Shown here piece by piece: positions 15,191 through 19,446 of a stretch of DNA of 19,446 nt. This stretch comes from an uncultured Syntrophomonas sp. (GTDB lineage Bacteria; Bacillota; Syntrophomonadia; Syntrophomonadales; Syntrophomonadaceae), in contig CAZYJA010000019.1 of assembly GCA_964647245.1 (NCBI GenBank), positions 1-19,446 on the forward strand, read 5' to 3'. The position numbers were made by a program, and so were the translations under genes. Numbering within the stretch: the first letter of the stretch is position 1; every line of letters begins with the position of its first letter. Under the pieces are notes generated by a model. It did not search any database. It saw only the letters and a program-made list of their open reading frames with translations, and was not told the origin of the DNA.

Positions 15191-15278
15191 TTATATTGCA
15201 TACAGGCTAATCTTCGGATGTTTCCCCAGAAGTACGGTATTAATTAGTTTGCAAAATGAAAGTTAAAAGGAGGAAAAA

Positions 15279-17666
15279 ATGAAAAAAAGTATTTCGATTA
15301 TGGTTTTAGTGTTATCCCTTTTTTTCGCCGGTAGCTGCGCGTATGCTGCTGAGGGTGGCGTATATCTGGAAGAAGCGCAAGCGCTTAAGCAGATGGGTTT
15401 ATTTAGGGGCTCCGACCAGGGCTTTGAGCTGGAAAGAGCACCCTCCCGAGTTGAGGCGGCAGTTATGCTGATCAGAATTCTCGGCCAGGAAGAAATTGCG
15501 CTGTCAGCTCATTATTCCCACCCATTCAATGATGTACCCGCCTGGGCCAATGATTATATCGGTTATATGTATGAAAGTAATTTATCCAAGGGTATTTCCG
15601 CCACCGAATTTGGCTCCGCCCAGCTAACCTCTGCTAATCAATATGCTACCTATATTCTGCGAGCATTAGGTTACAGCGATCAGGAAGGCGATTTCATATG
15701 GAGCGAAGCCCTAAATAAATCCCTGTCCATAGGCTTTCTTACCGAAACTGATCTAGCTAATCTAAATCAAGCCAATAAATTATTTGTGAGAGATGATATG
15801 GTGCACCTATCCTATACCGCTCTGGCCAATAAATTAAAAGGCCAGACGATTACCCTACAGGATAAGCTGGCTCAGGAAGGGGTGTTTGATAAAGCCGCCT
15901 ATACCATCATGATGTATTTAAATGGATCTGATTTAGAGAGTCTAAATGGTATGGCAACCTCCGATTTGAATGAAATTCTGGGCGCGGATTTCTCCCATCA
16001 GGATATAAATATGATTATTCAAACTGGCGGCACTGCCCAGTGGCAGAATAATGTAATTCCAGCCCACCAGCTCGCTCGCTGGGCAGTAACTGACAATGGC
16101 TTGGAGCTATTGCAGGAATTACCTCTGGCCAGCATTGGTGATAGTAAAACCTTAACTGATTTTATCGACTTTGCCATTAATAATTACCCCGCTCAAAAGT
16201 ATGGGCTGATTTTCTGGAACCATGGAGGAGGATCAGTATCTGGCTATGGAGTAGATGAACTATTTAATTATGATGGCTTAAGCTTAAAGGAACTAGATAT
16301 TGCGTTTGAAAACTCGCGGCTAAATACTAACCAGCTGGAATTTTTGGGATTCGATGCCTGCTTAATGGGGAATTTGGAAACCGCCAATATCGCCAAAGAT
16401 TACGCCAGCTACCTGATAGCCTCGGAGGAACTTGAGCCGGGCTATGGTTGGGATTATGATTATTTTCTTACCCGGCTGGGCCGTAATCCTGGCATGGATG
16501 GTAAAGAACTAGGGGCAAACATTGTGGATGGCTTCATCTCTTTTTATCAAAACAATGGCATGGCCGATGAAGCAACTACCCTTTCGGTTATCGATTTAAA
16601 AAAGGTACCGGCAGTAGTAAATGCTCTGGAAAGCTTTATTGATGTGGTTGATATCTCGGCAGCAAATTTCGCCACCTTATCTAAACCAAGGTCGAAGACC
16701 AAGGAATTTGGTATGCCCTCGGCCCATGGTGGCTGTACCGATATGGTTGACATGGTGGACTTAGCGAAACAATTCCAAAGTGTTATTCCGGCACCGTCAG
16801 CTAATTTGGTTAAGGCTATAAACGAGGCCGTCATATACAACCGCATGGGAGATTATGTTGACAAAGCCGGCGGGCTTTCTATGTACTTCCCCTACTCAGC
16901 CAAGGATGAAGTGGGGGATCGTATTCCAGTTTATCAAACAACCGGATTTTCTCCTAAATATATTGATTATGTAACCGAATATGCTAATCTGCTAACCGGC
17001 ACTAGCTTAATATCTTTTGATTTGTCTTCTGATATGCCGGAACAATCGGACGAGAGCTTTAGCATATCATTGTCTCAGGAAGAGCTGGATAACATTGGTC
17101 AAATCAATTTTACTGCCTGGGTTAAGGATGATGAGAACTTCTATACCCAGATTTTACAGGACAGCTATGTGGAAATCGATGAATATGGCACGATAGTAAC
17201 CGAGTTTAACGGTCAGATCACCACCATTAATGGAGAATGGGCTTGTCTTTATGAACTTGATCGCGGTGAAGATTATGTCCGCTATGGGGTGCCCGCCTAT
17301 TTGAATGACGCAGAAGTAAATATCGTACTGCTCTATGATAATGAAAATCCAAACGGCCTGATCGTCGGTGCTATGCCGGTCTATGATGAAATAACCGGAA
17401 TGGCTCCCAAGAGCATGATTGATTTCCAGACCGGGGACCGCATTACGATGCTTTATTACACCAGTAAATTCGTGGATGTGAATGATGACACTGAAGCCAC
17501 TGAGGAAGACTTTTATTGGTATGAAGGAAACACCTTTACCCTAGGTGAAGAACTAACCTTGGAAACCTGGGAGGTTGAGGATGGAACCTATCTATACGGG
17601 TTTACAGTTGTAGATTTGCAGGGCAATGAATATTATACCGATTTTATTGAGGTAGCTTACGAATAA
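15279..17666 (+). CDS. Secreted clostripain-family (C11) cysteine peptidase of 795 aa with up to three N-terminal SLH (S-layer homology) repeats.
   Basis: A signal peptide is present. Three ~55-aa SLH-like repeats occupy residues ~25-190. The catalytic His lies in LIFWNHGGGSVSGYG and the catalytic Cys lies in LGFDACLMGNLE. A long beta-rich C-terminal region follows. Confidence 0.8.
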   Translation: MKKSISIMVLVLSLFFAGSCAYAAEGGVYLEEAQALKQMGLFRGSDQGFELERAPSRVEAAVMLIRILGQEEIALSAHYSHPFNDVPAWANDYIGYMYESNLSKGISATEFGSAQLTSANQYATYILRALGYSDQEGDFIWSEALNKSLSIGFLTETDLANLNQANKLFVRDDMVHLSYTALANKLKGQTITLQDKLAQEGVFDKAAYTIMMYLNGSDLESLNGMATSDLNEILGADFSHQDINMIIQTGGTAQWQNNVIPAHQLARWAVTDNGLELLQELPLASIGDSKTLTDFIDFAINNYPAQKYGLIFWNHGGGSVSGYGVDELFNYDGLSLKELDIAFENSRLNTNQLEFLGFDACLMGNLETANIAKDYASYLIASEELEPGYGWDYDYFLTRLGRNPGMDGKELGANIVDGFISFYQNNGMADEATTLSVIDLKKVPAVVNALESFIDVVDISAANFATLSKPRSKTKEFGMPSAHGGCTDMVDMVDLAKQFQSVIPAPSANLVKAINEAVIYNRMGDYVDKAGGLSMYFPYSAKDEVGDRIPVYQTTGFSPKYIDYVTEYANLLTGTSLISFDLSSDMPEQSDESFSISLSQEELDNIGQINFTAWVKDDENFYTQILQDSYVEIDEYGTIVTEFNGQITTINGEWACLYELDRGEDYVRYGVPAYLNDAEVNIVLLYDNENPNGLIVGAMPVYDEITGMAPKSMIDFQTGDRITMLYYTSKFVDVNDDTEATEEDFYWYEGNTFTLGEELTLETWEVEDGTYLYGFTVVDLQGNEYYTDFIEVAYE

Positions 17667-17775
17667 CACAGGTTCAACCAAGTTGTTCTCAGCACTTATT
17701 TAGTATCTATTGTCTTTCCCGGCTATACCTACCTATCGCGGTTACCGGCCTATACCATTTACACAAAAATACTCC

Positions 17776-17809
17776 AAGGGGTTTCAGCTCTAAGTCTGAA
17801 ACCCCTTGG
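17776..17809. terminator. The AAGGGGTTTCAG-N8-CTGAAACCCCTTGG hairpin (third copy), terminating the 17897.. minus-strand gene.
   Basis: On the minus strand it is followed by a U5 tract. A second hairpin at 17873-17915 (AATGCC...GGCATTTTTT) serves the plus-strand protease gene. Confidence 0.55.
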
Positions 17810-17896
17810 TCGTGGAGAAGCAGAAACGATCGTTAAATAACGATAAGGCAGATTAGATACTGGTATACAGAGTAATGCCCTTTATGAAATCCGGCG

Positions 17897-19446
17897 TTAA
17901 TAATGAAGGCATTTTTTCTGTCGTATTCGCCACCCATACACAATACCAATAAATAGCGAGAAAAGAATTAGTCCCCAGGCAGGGTGAAATATGATAAACA
18001 CCGCCAATATCAGCGGGCTCAGCAATGTTCTTACCACTAGCTTCAGGAACTCACTATCAGCGATAAAACGGGCTAAGGGCGGTGAGTTGTGATAATAGAA
18101 ATTTACAAATGATCGACCCCATGAATTGGTGAGCAAGAACTGATCTCGGAACTGGCGCAGAAGTACTACCGGTTGTTGGTAGATTGAGCCGTATGCGGCA
18201 GTCGCGATAAAGCATTCGTCTATTGCTATTGCCTCAGCAATAATTATATCTAGTTGTTTGGATATATAATTACCGTCACTGTCGAGCAAGCCAATGGTAA
18301 CGGTAAATGTTCCGGCCTCACTTGGCACACCATAGATCACCCCTGTTGCCTCATTAATACTTAAGCCCGGTGGAAGATTAACTGCATTCCAGGTCCCATC
18401 ATCATCCCAGGGGATCATTCCACCTTGGGATTCCAATGTATGACAATAGCCGGTGTTTACCGTCCCTTGGGGCAAGCTGGGAGAATCAATATTTAACGGT
18501 TCAAGTATGTAGAAAAACAAACTATGCGAGACCGTCTTTAGATCTCCTGGTAAATGTACCGTTACTCTTATTCTAAATTCCCCTGCATCTGCTGTTGTCC
18601 CACTGATAAAGCCCGTGGTTTCATTGATGCTATACCCATTGGGCAAACCCTCTGCACTCCAAACAAAGGAGGTATCATCATAGGCATTACCCGCTTCAAA
18701 CTGGGCCCCCGGATATTCCTGGCCAATGAACCCGTTAGGTATTGACTGCGTGATAATATGGGCAAAGTCAGGATAACAATCCAGGGTATACTGTTTTTCA
18801 TCATACTTACCTGCAGCATCGGTGGCTTTAATTATTAAAGAGCATGGCTGAGGTTGAACCCCAATTCTGATTACCCCCTGCAGTACCCCCGTGACAGGAT
18901 CAAAAGCCAACCCATCGGGCAAGCTGGTTGATTCACTGGAATTCTGCCAATAGGCGGTATAGCTCCAGGTATAGGGCTCCTGTCCTCCTGCAGCGGTCAT
19001 AGCGGCTGTATAAGCTTGATTAGCTTCTCCATAATAAACTGGCGGCAGTTCTGTGGTAGTGATATTTACCTGGCGAACTGTTAACGTAAGGTTAACTGGA
19101 GTTGTTATTCCCATACTATCTTGTACAATTATAGAAACCGGATAGGTTCCTGCGCTGAGCGTAGTTCCGCTAATGTCCCCGGTAGAATCATTTAGAATTA
19201 ACCCTTCCGGAAGCCCCAACCCACTCCATGAATACATGGGTTTGCCGCCATCTGCTTTCAGTATAATACTATAGGGCGATGATACGTAAGCTATAGGAAG
19301 TTCTGTTGTCATAATTCTCAGCGGTTTATAAGCATTGAGCCTTAAAGATACGGTCTTTTGGGCAACTGAGCTCGCACTGTCAGTGACGGTAACATTAATA
19401 GAAAACTCACCGGTTTCAATCGGTATCCCGCTAATTGCCCCAGTGG
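17897..19446 (-). CDS. Cell-surface protein with tandem putative Ig-like (He_PIG/cadherin-like) repeats, a conserved CFIATAAYGS motif and a C-terminal TM helix. Its 5' end lies outside the window.
   Basis: At least 5 repeats of the pattern LP.G(L/Y)S(I/L)...TG.ISG(T/V)....G.(Y/F) are present. The frame stays open from 19312 to the window end, where the translation reads ...TGAISGIPIETGEFSINVTVTD.... The C-terminus reads CFIATAAYGS...NFYYH followed by a hydrophobic helix and RIRQKK. Confidence 0.75.
   Translation of the reverse strand, partial: TGAISGIPIETGEFSINVTVTDSASSVAQKTVSLRLNAYKPLRIMTTELPIAYVSSPYSIILKADGGKPMYSWSGLGLPEGLILNDSTGDISGTTLSAGTYPVSIIVQDSMGITTPVNLTLTVRQVNITTTELPPVYYGEANQAYTAAMTAAGGQEPYTWSYTAYWQNSSESTSLPDGLAFDPVTGVLQGVIRIGVQPQPCSLIIKATDAAGKYDEKQYTLDCYPDFAHIITQSIPNGFIGQEYPGAQFEAGNAYDDTSFVWSAEGLPNGYSINETTGFISGTTADAGEFRIRVTVHLPGDLKTVSHSLFFYILEPLNIDSPSLPQGTVNTGYCHTLESQGGMIPWDDDGTWNAVNLPPGLSINEATGVIYGVPSEAGTFTVTIGLLDSDGNYISKQLDIIIAEAIAIDECFIATAAYGSIYQQPVVLLRQFRDQFLLTNSWGRSFVNFYYHNSPPLARFIADSEFLKLVVRTLLSPLILAVFIIFHPAWGLILFSLFIGIVYGWRIRQKKCLHY

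Noticed and set aside
17873-17915. ATGAAATCC ... ATGAAGGCA resembling a LytTR box pair.
   Set aside because: The spacing is 19 rather than 21. The sequence forms the arms and loop of the terminator hairpin for the protease gene and overlaps the 3' end of the convergent gene.
1-19446. CRISPR arrays, tRNA or rRNA genes, transposases, integrases or other mobile-element genes.
   Set aside because: None was found. The repeats present are segmental duplications and promoter cassettes, not spacer arrays or inverted-repeat-bounded elements.

Overview
This window looks like Firmicutes/Clostridia-type DNA. I infer that from SLH domains, copper-amine-oxidase N-terminal-like repeat proteins and lipoboxes.

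The left 2 kb holds the 3' part of a 2-oxoacid:ferredoxin oxidoreductase operon on the minus strand. Gene order is gamma, then delta, then alpha, and alpha runs off the window edge. A leader with the hallmarks of a T-box riboswitch sits upstream of it on the same strand, with a T-box motif, an antiterminator/terminator and its own promoter. A 4Fe-4S protein gene is transcribed divergently.

The remaining ~15 kb is a mosaic accessory region of cell-envelope genes. It contains three secreted proteins with copper-amine-oxidase N-terminal-like repeats, two paralogous lipoproteins, and an SLH-anchored clostripain-family protease. It also contains an Ig-like repeat surface protein and a pair made of a zinc-ribbon membrane protein and an SPFH protein (YdjG/YdjI-like).

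The region is organised around an agr-like two-component system. This consists of an HPK10/AgrC-type histidine kinase and a LytTR response regulator, and it exists as two reciprocally decayed copies. Copy 1 keeps the kinase but its regulator is a pseudogene. Copy 2 keeps an intact regulator but has no kinase.

A conserved promoter cassette recurs at least 4 times, with weaker degenerate copies. It consists of the direct repeat ATGAAATGT-N12-ATGAAATGT followed by an extended -10. That is the architecture expected of a LytTR binding site.

The cassette sits in front of four targets:
- the intact response regulator, implying autoregulation;
- the regulator pseudogene;
- the protease gene;
- an orphan position whose -10 has degenerated.

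A paralogous pair of small Cys-rich ORFs lies divergent to each regulator copy. No agrBD or ComC/ABC-type signal genes are visible.

Many gene fragments and a ~126-bp repeat (a gene 3' end plus a hairpin) show that the region was built by segmental duplication and decay. Nothing here was searched against a database, and all protein-family calls rest on motifs I recognise by eye.
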